Origin: Octopus vulgaris
Lineage: Eukaryota
Length of the DNA stretch: 64,000 nt
NCBI GenBank assembly: GCA_951406725.2
Contig: OX597834.1
Location: 30,938,001 to 31,002,000 of the forward strand
Direction: 5' to 3'
The translations under genes and the position numbers were made by a program. Under the pieces are notes generated by a model. That model worked only from the letters and a program-made list of their open reading frames with translations. It was not told where the DNA came from and searched no databases. This document shows, piece by piece, positions 1-13,132 of the stretch (position 1 is the stretch's first letter; each line of letters starts with the position of its first letter).

Positions 1-299
1 AACTTTCACTATCTGTCTCTCTCTCCCCCTCTTTCTCCTTTACTCTCTCTCTCGTTGCTCACACACGAGACCATCGTCCATCTTTCTTTTCCTCATGCGA
101 TCATCTTTTCTTTCAGGGCTGTCCTAAAGACTGGACGTATCGTACCTCTCTCTTCTATCTTTTTTCTTGTCAAAGAAAATATTCCTCCAGCGTTCGCTAT
201 TTTACCCTCGTTCTGGTCTAACAACCATCCATGTTCGTTTTCGTTCAATTTCCTTGTATGTCTCCATTGTCCTGTTTTTGTTCCCAAATTTGACCCTCC

Positions 300-514
300 A
301 TAAACTCCAAATTTTATTTTGGTACTAATGGGAGCAACTGTCTTCGAAGACTCATATTATCGCTCAATGCTCGAAACGAAGAGTAGATAGGCATCGGACA
401 ACTGATGAAGGGTCGTTCTTTATGTTACTTGTCCTGTTTTCCAATAGTTTCTCTCGTTTGCGTATTGAACTCATTTGTTTTCGTATTTCATGTTCTTTAC
501 TGTTGGTGACGTTC

Positions 515-520
<6 letters not shown>
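300..520 (+). mobile_element. Short Penelope-type terminal-repeat fragment (family P4) with hammerhead-like boxes, abutting (TA)n
   Basis: CGAAACGAAGAGTAGAT...ACTGATGAAGGG (372-412) resembles CGAAACGTAGAGTAGAT...ACTGAAGAAGGG at 34365-34405; ends at a (TA)n array. Confidence 0.5.
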
Positions 521-1129
<609 letters not shown>

Positions 1130-1399
1130 AGTTTATCTTATACATATTTATATGTATACACCGTATCAACATTCCCACACACAACTAACGAATTCAAAGA
1201 AAGCTGACGACCCATGCCACAGCATTAAAAGCAGTTGATTGATTGCCAAACGTTCTCTTTCTGACGGATGACAAACTGGTTAGCGTTTCTCTTATTACTC
1301 TCCTTCATCTCTCCATGACCATTCGTCTGCCCAGGGCGTGGAGTACACATGGACATGATCGTCAATTGGTACCGTTTAATCGACTCTCTATGAGAAGAT

Positions 1400-1795
1400 T
1401 TATATATAAATAAATGAATGAATATATATATATAACAAAACAAAAAAATGGAACAAGAACGTAACAGGCGACAACAAAACATCCGGACAGTTAGACGATA
1501 CATAGAAGGACAGGAAAAAAATAAGGGCGGGTCATTCGGAGCCTTCTATCGTCAGTCAAGTTCCAGATCATCCCTGCAGTTTCGGCTGGTTACACTCAAG
1601 ACTTCTCCAATCTGGCCAGCCCCAAGAAAATCTTAGGTAAGAGCACTAGCTTCTTTGGAAGAAAGCAAGCGAGTGTATACGAAAACAAGGACGTAAAGAA
1701 AAAAAAACGGAGAGATGTTATACAATTACAAATACAAACAATAAGACAATAACAACAGGTGTCTTTCGACTAAAGATGAATTAAATTAAGCTGGC
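1400..1795 (-). mobile_element. Penelope-type terminal-repeat fragment (family P3)
   Basis: Minus strand CAGCCGAAACTGCAGGGATGATC...TTGACTGACGA...CCGAATGACCCG, homologous to 34885-35025 and 55925-56050; AT-repeat flanks. Confidence 0.55.
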
Positions 1796-1846
1796 GTGTG
1801 TGGTGTTATATATATATATATATACATATGTATATGTATGTATGTA

Positions 1847-1905
<59 letters not shown>

Positions 1906-2270
1906 CGGTATTTTTGATAGTATGATAACAAGGGGTGACAATAATGGTGGCGATGGTAGTGGTGTTCTTGCTGTATTTGGTGTTGGTGATAGTGATGGTG
2001 CTGGTGGTATTAATCATGAGGATTCCGGTGGTGGTTGTTGTATTGGTGCTTATGATGGTAATGGACATAACGGTGGAGAAGATGTCACTAATGAAAGTGG
2101 GGTTGTCCTCATCGTAGTCATCTAAAACTCAAAACAGAGTTTATAAAATACTTCGCATCATAGGAATATTTAACAAAACAACGAATTAGTCTGTTAATGA
2201 ATGACATACCATAAAAGATGTTTCCGAAAGATTTTCACTGTTACTTTTATTACTTTGCGCCTCGTTTTGT

Positions 2271-2740
2271 TAATATATTTGAGAGATGTTAATATAAATT
2301 ATGAAAAGGAGCAGGCACAATACAGTGCCTTGTGGGACTCCACTTATAACCATGGCTGAGGTCGATCGGACACCATCAATCACCACAAACTGAGTTCTGT
2401 TCATCAGAAGACATTTAGTCCAAGTTAACAGTTTCCCTCGGACTCCAATGTTGAACAGTTTCTTTAACAGGATGCAGCGATCAACTCTGTCAAAGGCTTT
2501 GCTGAAGTCCAGGTATATGACGTCTGCATTGGAGTCCTCTCCTATGGCCTTTAACATGTCATTGGAATGATGCAAGGGCTGTGTTAAGCAGTCCCTTCCA
2601 TCGTGGAAGCCATGTTGGTTGGAAATAATCAGGTTGTTCGATGCCAAGAAATGGGTTGCTTGAGATCTCACAACTCTTTCAAATAATTTGATGATAGAAA
2701 GACGTAAGTGAGATCGGACGGTAGTTTGCCTTTCTAGAAA
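2271..2740 (-). pseudogene. CR1/L2-group LINE reverse-transcriptase fragment
   Basis: NYRPISLTS...NQHGF...DVIYLDFSKAFDRV...SGVPQGTVL motifs (ORF 2270-2671); truncated and frameshifted. Confidence 0.9.
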
Positions 2741-2741
2741 A

Positions 2742-3090
2742 CTGTGGCTGTGTGGTAAGTAGCTTGTTTACCAACCACATGGTTCCGGGTTCAGTCCCAC
2801 TGCGTGGAACCTTGGGCAAGTGCCTTCTACTATAGCCTCGGGCCGACCAAAGTCTTGTGCGTGGATTCGGTAGAAGGAAACTGAAAGAAGCCTGTCGTGT
2901 GTGTCTGTGTATATATATATATGTATGCGCAGGAGTGACTGTGTGGTAAGTACCTTGTTTACCAACCACATGGTTCCGGGTTCAGTCCCACTGCGTGGCA
3001 CCTTGGGCAAGTGTCTTCTACTATAGCCTCGGGCCGACCAAAGCCTTGTGAGTGGATTTGGTAGACGGAAACTGAAAGAAGCCCATCGTA

Positions 3091-3148
<58 letters not shown>

Positions 3149-3369
3149 TGTGTGTGTTTGTATGTCTGTGTTTGTCCCCCTAGCATTGCTTGACAACCGA
3201 TGCTGGTGTGTTTATGTCCCCGTTACTCAGCGGTTCGGCAAAAGAGACCGATAGAATAAGTACTGGGCTTACAAAAGAATAAGTCCCGGGGTCGAGTTGC
3301 TCGATTAACGGCGGTGCTCCAGCATGGCCGCAGTCAAATGACTGAAACAAGTAAAAGAGTAAAAGAGAG
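2742..3369 (+). mobile_element. SINE family A: 5' partial copy (2742-2900) followed by a full copy (2926-3369)
   Basis: Duplicated tRNA-like head; second copy has the complete body and GTAAAAGAGT tail. Confidence 0.9.
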
Positions 3370-3943
3370 TATATACACGACGCGGTTTCCACACAGTGTC
3401 CGTCTACCAAATTCACTGACAAGGCATTTGGTCGGGCCTGGAGGGCTGTAGCAGAAGTCATTTGCCGAATGTACCGCACGGTGAGATTGAACCCGAAACC
3501 ACGTTGCTACAAAACGAGCTTCTAAACCACACAACCACAACCAAAAATCAATCAATAAATAAATAAATAATAAAACAAAAGCAACAACAACAACGCCACC
3601 TAGTGGATGGCGAGGGCAAAACGCCAAATCCAAACATCTACCTTCCGAACCAACTAACTCTATTAGTTTTCGATAGTTTTGTGAATATTATTTTTCATTA
3701 TTTCCCCTATTAATATTCGTCGAACAGTAAAAAGCTATTTTCCCTCACAAGATGAAGACTTTTTGATGCATGCATTAAATCTGTTGCTTTTCTGATGACA
3801 TGCAGTTGTGACGGCCTCTAAAACTGTAAGCACCGTTGATTCATCTACATTTTCTTATGTAGTATTGTAGCATAATCGCCGTTTTAATTATATACCTTAG
3901 CGGGAGATTGAGACAGGTGTAGTTAGATGGATGGATGGATAAG

Positions 3944-4023
<80 letters not shown>

Positions 4024-4347
4024 CAGCAAGTGAGAGAGAGAGAGAGGTAACAGAAAAATAAATGCTTGACTGGATTGATAGGATGAGGGTAAGGCGGTGA
4101 AAGGCAGTGGTGAAAGGTGGAGGGATTGACTTGGTAATACGGTAGAACGGACAGGTAACTTAAATGCATACACACACACACACACATACATACCAATTAC
4201 TCACACATACACATATATGTACATATATGTACATTAAAGATAAAGAGAAGTATAACAAGTTGAACAGATATACATCCAGCAAAATAGTATATAGACATGT
4301 GCATAATTTATGTAGATAAATGCACACAATCACACACACACACACAA

Positions 4348-4383
<36 letters not shown>

Positions 4384-4567
4384 GTAAGCACACAGACGCA
4401 AAACGATGTGGAAGAAATAGTACTCGAATACCAAATGTAGAGTTATATACTATTTTATTAAAGCTGAAAGACGAAGATTTTTCCCCCTTTCATAAAATAG
4501 CAGGTATCAAAACAAATACATAAACACGCACACATACGCATATATATATATATATACATACAATATG

Positions 4568-4618
<51 letters not shown>

Positions 4619-4723
4619 GTATATATGTGTGTGCATATACATATGTATGTACGTGTATGTGCGCGTACGTTGCTTAATGTTGGATGAATGGAAAATGAGT
4701 GCTCAATATAAGTTATAGAGGAT

Positions 4724-4930
4724 ATGTGACCTCGTGTGTACCGTTGGCGATTTTTTTTCCTCTGTCTTCCCTTCTCTGTATCTTTCCTTCTCCTATGTTT
4801 CCGACGAAGAGCTCCGCTCGAAACGTTAAACCCTCCTTCTTTCCTTCTATCCTGAGCGTCCAATAATACTATATTTGTTCCACGTCCTCGCGTTGTTGTG
4901 TTTTTTTGTGCTTTCTTGTTTGGATTAACT
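4724..4930 (+). mobile_element. Penelope-type short element (family P1) carrying a minimal hammerhead-like motif at 4797-4831
   Basis: gttt-CCGACGA-a-gagc-tcc-gctc-GAAA-cg-TT-aaac; second copy on the minus strand at 34092-34315; 3' end abuts (TA)n. Confidence 0.7.
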
Positions 4931-4954
4931 ATATATATATATATATATATATAT

Positions 4955-5845
4955 CTTCGTCTTTGGCTGTCTGTCGCAGGCTGGTAATCTCTTCCCAAGT
5001 GTCTGAGAAGATGCTGGAGTTCTTCATATGCCCCTTCAGCACAGCCCTGTATCGCATCTTCAGCCCTGTATCGCATCTTCTGGCCACCATGGCCTCGCCT
5101 GCTCTGTCACAGTTCAGCATAGAAAACTGCTTTTGGGAGCCTTCTTCCCCCCATCCTGCAAGCATTTTCTCCCACCGCAGCTGCGATGATGTAATGAGGA
5201 CCTCCACACAATCTGTGCTAGCATGGCGCGGGATCTCTACATCAGGAATGCAATCTTTCCATTTGATATGCAAAGTGGAGTCCAGATGAGGAAACTGGAC
5301 ATGCGTCAGGGCCTTGATGTACTTGCGGTTGAGAGCCATGCATTACGTGGCTTAGAGGATGCAAGAAAGTATTGTGGTACAGTACACCTTTATCTTCGTG
5401 TTGCGGCAATGTCATGGCAGATTCATTGACGCTTCTCTAGAGAGCCAAAAGTTTTTGTGGCAGACTGTGTTCGCCTCTCAACAACGAGGTCAAAAGAGTT
5501 AGTACAAGTCACTGTGCTGCCGAGATAGGTAAAGGCCTCGGTGTACATTAGGGGTTCTCCGTGGACTAACACGCTCTCTGGATCTATTTAGACATTTTGG
5601 TGGGAGCTGGTAGAGCAGCTCAGTTTTCGAAGTGTTGATCTTGAGGCCAAACATGTCTGCTGCACAAGAAAATCGGGCCACAATGTGTTACATGTCCTCA
5701 AACTTGCTGGCTACGAGTGCTGAGTTGTCTGCGTAGAGCAGCTCCCTCATACTCAGTTCCTTGATTTTGGTGGAGGCACGAAGACGGGCCAAGTTGAAGA
5801 GCTTGCTATCTGTTCTGGTGCGGGTGAAAAGCCCTTTGAGAAAAT
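4955..5845 (-). pseudogene. RTE (BovB-like) LINE RT/C-terminal fragment, degenerate
   Basis: RTDSKLFNLARLRASTK...ELLYADNSAL, FGLKINTSKTELLYQ and LHIKWKDCIPDVEI...SQLRW in successive frames. Confidence 0.85.
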
Positions 5846-5852
5846 TGACTCT

Positions 5853-6075
5853 CATTTCTTTATTGCCCATAAAGGGCTAAACATAGAGGGGACAAACAAA
5901 GACAAAGGGATTAAGTCGATTACATCGACCCCAGTACGTAACTGGTATTTAATTTATCGAACCCGAAAGGATGAAAGGCAAAGTCGACCTCGGCGGAATT
6001 TGAACTCAGAACGTAACGGCAGACGAAATACCTATTTCTTTATTACCCACATGGGGCTAAACACAGAGAGGACAG
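5853..6075 (-). mobile_element. SINE family C (partial, duplicated tail)
   Basis: GTTCTGAGTTCAAATTCCGCCGAGGTCGACTTTGCCTTTCATCC core on the minus strand, shared with 37985-38216. Confidence 0.85.
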
Positions 6076-6650
6076 TCCCAGCCACAACGAAAGCCATGCC
6101 GGTTGTTGGAATTTAGAAGATTGTGGTTCTCCGGGAAGCCAGCTATCCTTGATCTCACCACCCTTACGAACACTTTGATGATATAGGAGGTGAGTGATAC
6201 TGAGCGATAGTTGGGTGCAAGGAAGCTGTTTCCATGTTTGAAGATCGGGATGATAAGAACTGTTTCGGTATATAGCCTGGGTCTAAAGAATTTCTCCAGA
6301 TGTTGGTTAGAGGGACTGCAAGTTGGTGTCTACATTTCTTCAGGACATTAGCGGGGAATATATCAGGGCCTACAACAGAATAGTACTTGATCTCATGTAT
6401 TGCTTCTATGACATCTGAAGCTGTAAAAGTTATGTCCGACTTCATTCACATCCTTGCATCAATATCAGTGGGATAACTAATGACAGAACAGTATTGTTCC
6501 TGCAATACTTCTGCCATTTCTTTAGCAACGGATGAATCAGCGGTCCTATGCTTATTGGCACATGAATAAAACACAGTTTGGTTCTGTTTGATGGTTTTTT
6601 ATCACCCACTGTTCCTCTGCAGTTCTTTGATTTTCAATGAAGGTTTTCAT
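6076..6650 (-). pseudogene. CR1/L2-group LINE ORF2 fragment (region N-terminal to RT)
   Basis: DVIEAIHEIK...GPDIFPANVLKKC...LAVPLTNIWRNSL...IP followed by NYRSVSLTS in another frame. Confidence 0.8.
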
Positions 6651-6694
6651 ACTGATCGGCCGTATGGATGTTATTTCAAGATGCATGGGTGGCT

Positions 6695-7794
6695 TTATGT
6701 ATGTATGTATGTATGTATGTATGTATGTATGTATGTATGTATGAATGAATGAATGTATGTATGCCTATGTATGAATGAATGTATGTATGCGTATGTATTA
6801 TGTACGTATGTGTGTATGTATGTATGTACGTATGTGCGTACGTTTGTATGCATATATTTATGAATGTATGTATGAATATATGTATATGTATGTTGTATGT
6901 GTATGTATGTACGTATGTGCGTATGTATTTATGTATGTATGTATGTATGTATGTATGTATGTATGAATGTATGTATGTATGTATGAATGTATGTATGTAT
7001 GTATGAATGTATGAATGTAGGTATGTATGAATGTACGTATATATATATGTATGTGTGTATGCATGTATGTGTGTATGTAAATATGCATGCATGTATGTAT
7101 GTGTGCATGTATGTATGTATGCATATATGTCTGTATGTATGAATGTATGTACGTACGTATGTGTGTATGTATGTATATATGTATATATGTTTTTATGAGT
7201 GTGTATGTATGTACGTGTATGTATGTATGTATGTATGTATGTATGTATGTATGTTTTTATGAGTGTGTATGTATGTGTGTATGTATGTACGTGTATGTAT
7301 GTATGTGTGTATATATGTGTGTATGTGTGTATGTACTTAGATGGCTATCATGTTTTGGATGCATGTATGGAAGGACGGACAGACAGACAGATAAATGAAT
7401 AATCGTTGCTATTTTTGTTGCCATAATTATAAAACATCTCTGTGATTGCTCTGCTCTGTTCTCATTGTTTTTATAGCTATTATTGCCTTCGTTATTAACG
7501 ATTGTGGGTGGCAGGACTCCTGCGAACGCTTTTAATATTAAGGAAACTTATTTTTAAAAAACAAAATATGGCGCTTTTTATCCCCCGAGCTTTGACAGCC
7601 GAAGACAATTCGAGATTTGCAATCAACTGTTGCAGAAGATTGTGAAATTGGCTCTGCTGCTTTTTCACCTGTGGCATAGAACCAAAGTCATTGGATTTTA
7701 CAGCTGGAGCAGGCAGCTAGGATGTTGTGTTAGTCTTGCTGCGAAGCACTTTGCAAAGCCTTCAAGCACATACACGCATACACACGCATGCACG

Positions 7795-7831
<37 letters not shown>

Positions 7832-8224
7832 GCACATGTATGCATACATATTTCCATGCACACATACGCTCGCAAGCACACACAAACATAGACCTCCCCC
7901 CTACAAAAATAATAAATTCTTTGTCTTAATATTTGAGTGTGTGTGTGTCTTTATATTTATGCATATTTATGTGTAACGTATGTGTGTGTGTGTATTTATA
8001 TTTATGTATGTATAACATATGTGTGTGTGTGCATGCATATATATATATTTGTGTGTGTATGCATTTATATATACGTGTGTGTGTGTGTGTTTATGTATGT
8101 ATAGCATACGTGTATGTGTATGCATATATATGTGTGTGTGTATTTATGTATGTATGTATGTATGTATGTATGAATGTATGTATGTATGTATGAATGTATG
8201 AATGTAGGTATGTATGAATGTACG

Positions 8225-8255
<31 letters not shown>

Positions 8256-8610
8256 TTATGTATATATAGCATACGTGTATGTGTGTGTTTGCATATATAT
8301 ATATGTGTGTGTGTATTTATGTATGTATAGCATATGTGTGTGTGTATGCATATATGTGTGTGTGTATTTATGTATGTATAGCATACGTGTGTGTGTGTAT
8401 GCATATATATGTGTGTGTGTATTTATGTATGTATAGCATACGTGTGTGTGTGTATGCATATATATGTGTGTGTGTATTTATGTATGTATAGCATACGTGT
8501 GTGTGTGTGTATGCATATATATGTGTGTGTATTTATGTATGTATAGCATATGTATGTATGTGTCTTTGTGTATGTATGTGTGCATTATATATATATATAT
8601 GTGTGTATGT
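6695..8610. repeat. Compound (TATG)n/(TG)n microsatellite fields, including a ~55-bp cryptic minisatellite at ~8080-8560
   Basis: Repeating unit ATTTATGTATGTATAGCATACGTGTG...TATGCATATAT; a unique stretch at ~7400-7770 separates the two fields. Confidence 0.9.
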
Positions 8611-9179
8611 TTTGTTTGTCTTTCCATGTCAATCTCTCTCCCTTCTCTGTTTCTCCCTCTCTCCTCTCTCCCTCTCTTTCTCTCTCGCACCCATCCTTTG
8701 TCTATCTGCCTGTTTCTTTCTGACTGTCTCTCTATCTGATTCTCTCTCTCTCTCCCCTCTCTCCCTCTCCCTCTCTCCCTCTCCCTCTCTCCCTCTCTCT
8801 GTCTTCCTCCCTTCCTCCTTGCTCTCCCACCCCCGCGACAACACCCCATTCCTCGCCGTAGAAAGCAAAAATGGTCAAGCAGCTCTATCGCTGCTCGTGT
8901 CGTCCGCATTCGGCCACTCTCGGCCAAGCAATGGGCAGCTGCGGCTGGTCCGTTATTTGTGGTCACCAGGTTAATAAGCGATTGTGTGAAGTTACCCAAG
9001 TTGGAAGAGTCATGTGGGAGGGATGTGGTGTGTGGGGGAGAAGTGATGAACGATGATTTATTCATTAAGGAGGCGATGGTGATGGGGGTGGAGGTGATGC
9101 TTGTGAAGATGGTTGTAGTGGCGGTTGTGGTACTAGCTATGATGGTATCGGAGGTGGTTGGTAGTGGTCTTTGTGACAT

Positions 9180-9314
9180 CGGTGGTGGTGGCTGTGGTGG
9201 TGGTAGCAATACTTGTTGTAATGGTGGTAGTAGTAGTAGTAGTGATGGTGGTGGTGGTGGTGGTGGTGGTGGTGGTGGCTGTGGTGGTGGTAGCAGTACT
9301 TGTTGTAATGGTGG

Positions 9315-9349
<35 letters not shown>

Positions 9350-9644
9350 GGTGGTGGTGATAGTCATGGCTATTGTAGTAGTGGTGGAGGTGAAATCGGT
9401 GTAATGGCGGGATGTGGATGTGGTGGATGGTGCCAGCATCCTCACCACTACCACCACCACCACCACCAAATAGCACCACCGACAACAATACCACCACCAG
9501 TACTACATTCACCACTAGTGATGTTAGTTGTGGCAGTAGTGATTGTAGTGGTGGTAGTTAGTTGTAGAAGTGGTTATGGTGGTTATTGTAGCAGCAACGG
9601 TGATAGTACATGTGGTGTGGTTAATGGTGGTGGTGGTGGTGAAT

Positions 9645-9697
<53 letters not shown>

Positions 9698-9883
9698 GGT
9701 GGTGGTGGTGGTGGTGTTGGTGCTGGTAGTAGTAGTAGTAGTAGTAGTAGTAGCTGATGTCGAACAAAGTTGATGTCACAGTTGCATGTCCACCATCGTT
9801 ACAATGTTATAATTATGGAAACTTTTAACTGTTGTTGGCGTCGATGAAGATGATGATGATGGTGGTGATGATGATGGTGGTGG

Positions 9884-9937
<54 letters not shown>

Positions 9938-9941
9938 CGAC

Positions 9942-10000
<59 letters not shown>

Positions 10001-10110
10001 CGACGACGACGATGATGATGATGATGATGATGATGATGGTGATGATGGTGATGATGATGATGATGATGATGATGATGACGACGATGATGATGATGATGAT
10101 GATGATGATG
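9180..10110. repeat. (GGT)n/(AGT)n/(GAT)n trinucleotide arrays
   Basis: Directly visible. Confidence 0.95.
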
Positions 10111-10625
10111 TGTTGTTGGGGTACTCGCCTGTCTTGCTGTTATTGTGTGTGTGTGTGTGTGCGTTTGCCTCCCTCCCTCCACTACCACTTGACGACTAGT
10201 GTTGGTGTGTTTACGTCCTTATAACTTAGCGGTTTGGCAAAACAGATCGATAGAACAAGCACCAGGCTTAATTTTTTATTTTTTTTTATTTTTTAAAATT
10301 AAGTACTGAAGTCGATTGTTCGACTTAAATTCTCGAAGGCTGTGCTCCAGCATGGCCGCAGTCTAATGCACAAGTAAAAGATAAGATATATTTGTTGTTG
10401 TCGATGATGATGATGATGATGATGATGCGTGGCAGTTGTATTGTTGCTGATGTTGTTGTTGTTTTTAGTGTTGTCATTGATGTTTTGTCCCAAGTCAGAT
10501 CTTACCTAACAAACACTCACACACACTTATGATCAAAGGCGTTCCAGTAATGACCACCCCCACCTTTTTAAAACACGTTATGACACGATTCTCTGGATCA
10601 GTGTTGTCGAAGTTCTTGTGGTAGT

Positions 10626-10666
<41 letters not shown>

Positions 10667-10667
10667 C

Positions 10668-10714
<47 letters not shown>

Positions 10715-10795
10715 AAGCAGCAATTCCATTGTGGTTTTACTGTTGGTTCTGTTGTTGATATTAACGGTCTTGTTGCTTATGATGATGATGCTGCT

Positions 10796-10826
<31 letters not shown>

Positions 10827-11199
10827 ATGATGATGACGATGATATGGTGCTGCTGCTGCTACTGTTGATGACGATGATGATGATGATGCACTTGCTTATT
10901 ATAATGATGATTAATTTGTTGTTGTCGTTGTTGTTGTTGATGATGATGATGACGACGACGACGATGATGTCGGCATTGCTGTTGTTGCTGTTGTTGCTGT
11001 CAAAAAATGATTTGTTTCTCAGTCATTCACGTTATTTACTCCATTCAATTAAAGAAAAAAAAAAAAGTAAATGAAAAGAAAAAAAGAAAGAAAAACGTAA
11101 AACCACCCCCCACACACATACACACTGCCCCCTCCCCACCCACCCCCAAAATTTTTTTTAAAACAAAAAGTAACCAAAGCAAAAACAAACAAAAAGAAG

Positions 11200-11547
11200 G
11201 GGAGAAAAAAATGGCGATGCATGAAAGAGATGAGTGAGAGATATTACAAGTGAATGTTTTTTCGCCGGAGGCGGGAAAATAAAAAAAGAGTTTCTCGTTT
11301 CTTCATTCAACGATAATGTTTAATCACCGCCTTATATTTCAAATGTCATCTGCAGAGTTTCGTGTCGCCCATCAGTAGAAGGAAGAGGAGGAGGAAGAGA
11401 AGGAAAGGGAGGAGGAGGCAGAAGAGGAGAGGAGGGTTGTAGGTTGTACGGACCGTTCGTTTGCCAATATTAGATAACAGCATCGTCTGTGTGTCGGTCT
11501 GCTCGTCTGACTTGTGCGGTTGTTGGGTGATTGTGTGCAAGAAGTTC

Positions 11548-11550
<3 letters not shown>
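11200..11550. promoter_or_regulatory. Candidate regulatory island (YY1-like and E2F-like motifs)
   Basis: Unique CpG-containing sequence with AAAATGGCG (11208-11216), GGCGGGAAAA (11270-11279) and a CCAAT at ~11464; motif match only. Confidence 0.25.
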
Positions 11551-11615
<65 letters not shown>

Positions 11616-11795
11616 GTTTCTCTGCATTTTCTGCGTGTTTCTTTACGTGTGATCCATGTCTATATTTCTGTCTGTCCGTTTATGTTCAGCGAAGGCACTT
11701 GGGTGGGGGGTCTAGGTAGAACATTGGTTTCACATTGGTAAAGTCGTCAGCTCGATTCTTGGACAGGACGGCACGATCCCGGAACCAGAGGTATA

Positions 11796-12171
11796 TTATT
11801 ATTATTATTGTTCGACCGTGGTCGAGACAATGGAATTTACCATGCTACGCCAGACTTCACGGTCCATCATAGCATTACGGAGGTCCTGTTGCTGGATGCC
11901 TGTATCCCTGGAGATTACATCAGGGTAGGAGAGTGTGCGCCCTCTGGTATTGCGAGTAGATGGCTTCCAGAGGAGAAGAGTAGAAATTACTTCTTTTTCA
12001 GCTCTGCAACAATGTCCAGCAAACTGGACTCTCCTACCTTTCACAAGAGATGACACAGGTGGTAGTTTCCCATATATTTGCATTTTGGTTGGATGGCGCT
12101 TCCACGAGAGATTTTGAGCTCTCATAAGGAGGCGAGTGTAGGTTCCATCCAACCGCCTCTCAAGCTTCTTT
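11796..12171 (-). mobile_element. 5'-truncated, young RTE-group LINE 3' end with (TAA)n tail and 8-bp TSD
   Basis: Uninterrupted frame LDGTYTRLLMRAQNLSWKRH...QFAGHCCR...AMMDREVWRSMV to a stop; TSD GAGGTATA at 11788-11795 and 12172-12179. Confidence 0.85.
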
Positions 12172-12680
12172 GAGGTATACTTAAGCCACGCACGTACGTA
12201 CTTCATTTCACGTTGCTCCAGTGTACTCGACTGGAAACAGCACACACCAAATGATTGTGCATCTCTCCCTCCCTACATTGTGTGTGTGTGTATGAAAAAC
12301 AGTTTTGGTAGTGTAGAGAATAGTATATTGGTAATAATGATAAGTTTAGTCAGAAGAAAGGAAGGAATTGTCCCTTAGTTTATTTCTACACAAGTACAAA
12401 TAAGTCATCAAATTTTCTGAGGAGATGAAATGAAATAAGATAAAATGAAGTACAATATTTACGTTATATTTAAGACATTTTTGTCAAGCCTTGAAAACGT
12501 TTGTGCTTCGACTATACAAACTTCTTAAGAGACTACCAAACTACAATGTTTTCACCAGTTTCCCTCTCATTACTAGCAAAACGCGAACCGGCGATAGACC
12601 ATCATAATATTATATCTTATAAAATGCATAAAAATATATAAATAGTGTGCTTTTCCTTCTGTTATATATATTTTCATTAC

Positions 12681-13036
12681 GTGGAGGCGCAATGGCTCAG
12701 TGGTGAGGGCAGTGGACTCGCGGTCGTAGAATCGCGGTTTCGATTCCCAAGCCAGGCGTTGTGAGTGTTTATTGGGCGAAAACACCTAAAGCTCCACGAG
12801 GCCCCGGCAGCAGGTAGGGCGACCCCTGCTGTACTCTTTCATCACAACTTTCTCTCACTCTTTCTTCCTGTTTCTGTTGTACCTGTATTTCAAAGGGCCA
12901 GCCTTATCACACTCTGTATCACGCTGAATCTCCCCGAAAACTACGTTAAGAGTACGCGTGTCTGTAGAGTGCTCAGCCACTTTCACGAGCAGGCTGTTCC
13001 GTGGATCGGATCAACTGGAACACTCGTCGTCTTATA
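12681..13036 (+). mobile_element. tRNA-derived SINE family B
   Basis: GTGGAGGCGCAATGGCTCAGTGG...GGTTTCGATTCCC head; body as in 46919-47304. Confidence 0.9.
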
Positions 13037-13072
13037 ACTCACCAGCAAACTTGTTGATATCACCTCGTATAC

Positions 13073-13131
<59 letters not shown>

Positions 13132-13132
<1 letters not shown>

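Noticed and set aside
8478-9515. 345-aa minus ORF with a hydrophobic N-terminus
   Set aside because: Mostly trinucleotide and GA repeats, no recognisable domain, non-ATG start; only the unique core is kept as a finding
11346-11551. Possible next minus-strand coding exon after 15349
   Set aside because: The acceptor lacks a polypyrimidine tract and the phase-2 join hits a TAA after about 26 codons
12681-12760. tRNA-like sequences at SINE heads (also 19570, 46919, 48526, 58746)
   Set aside because: A/B boxes are present but continue into SINE bodies, some with TSDs; not tRNA genes
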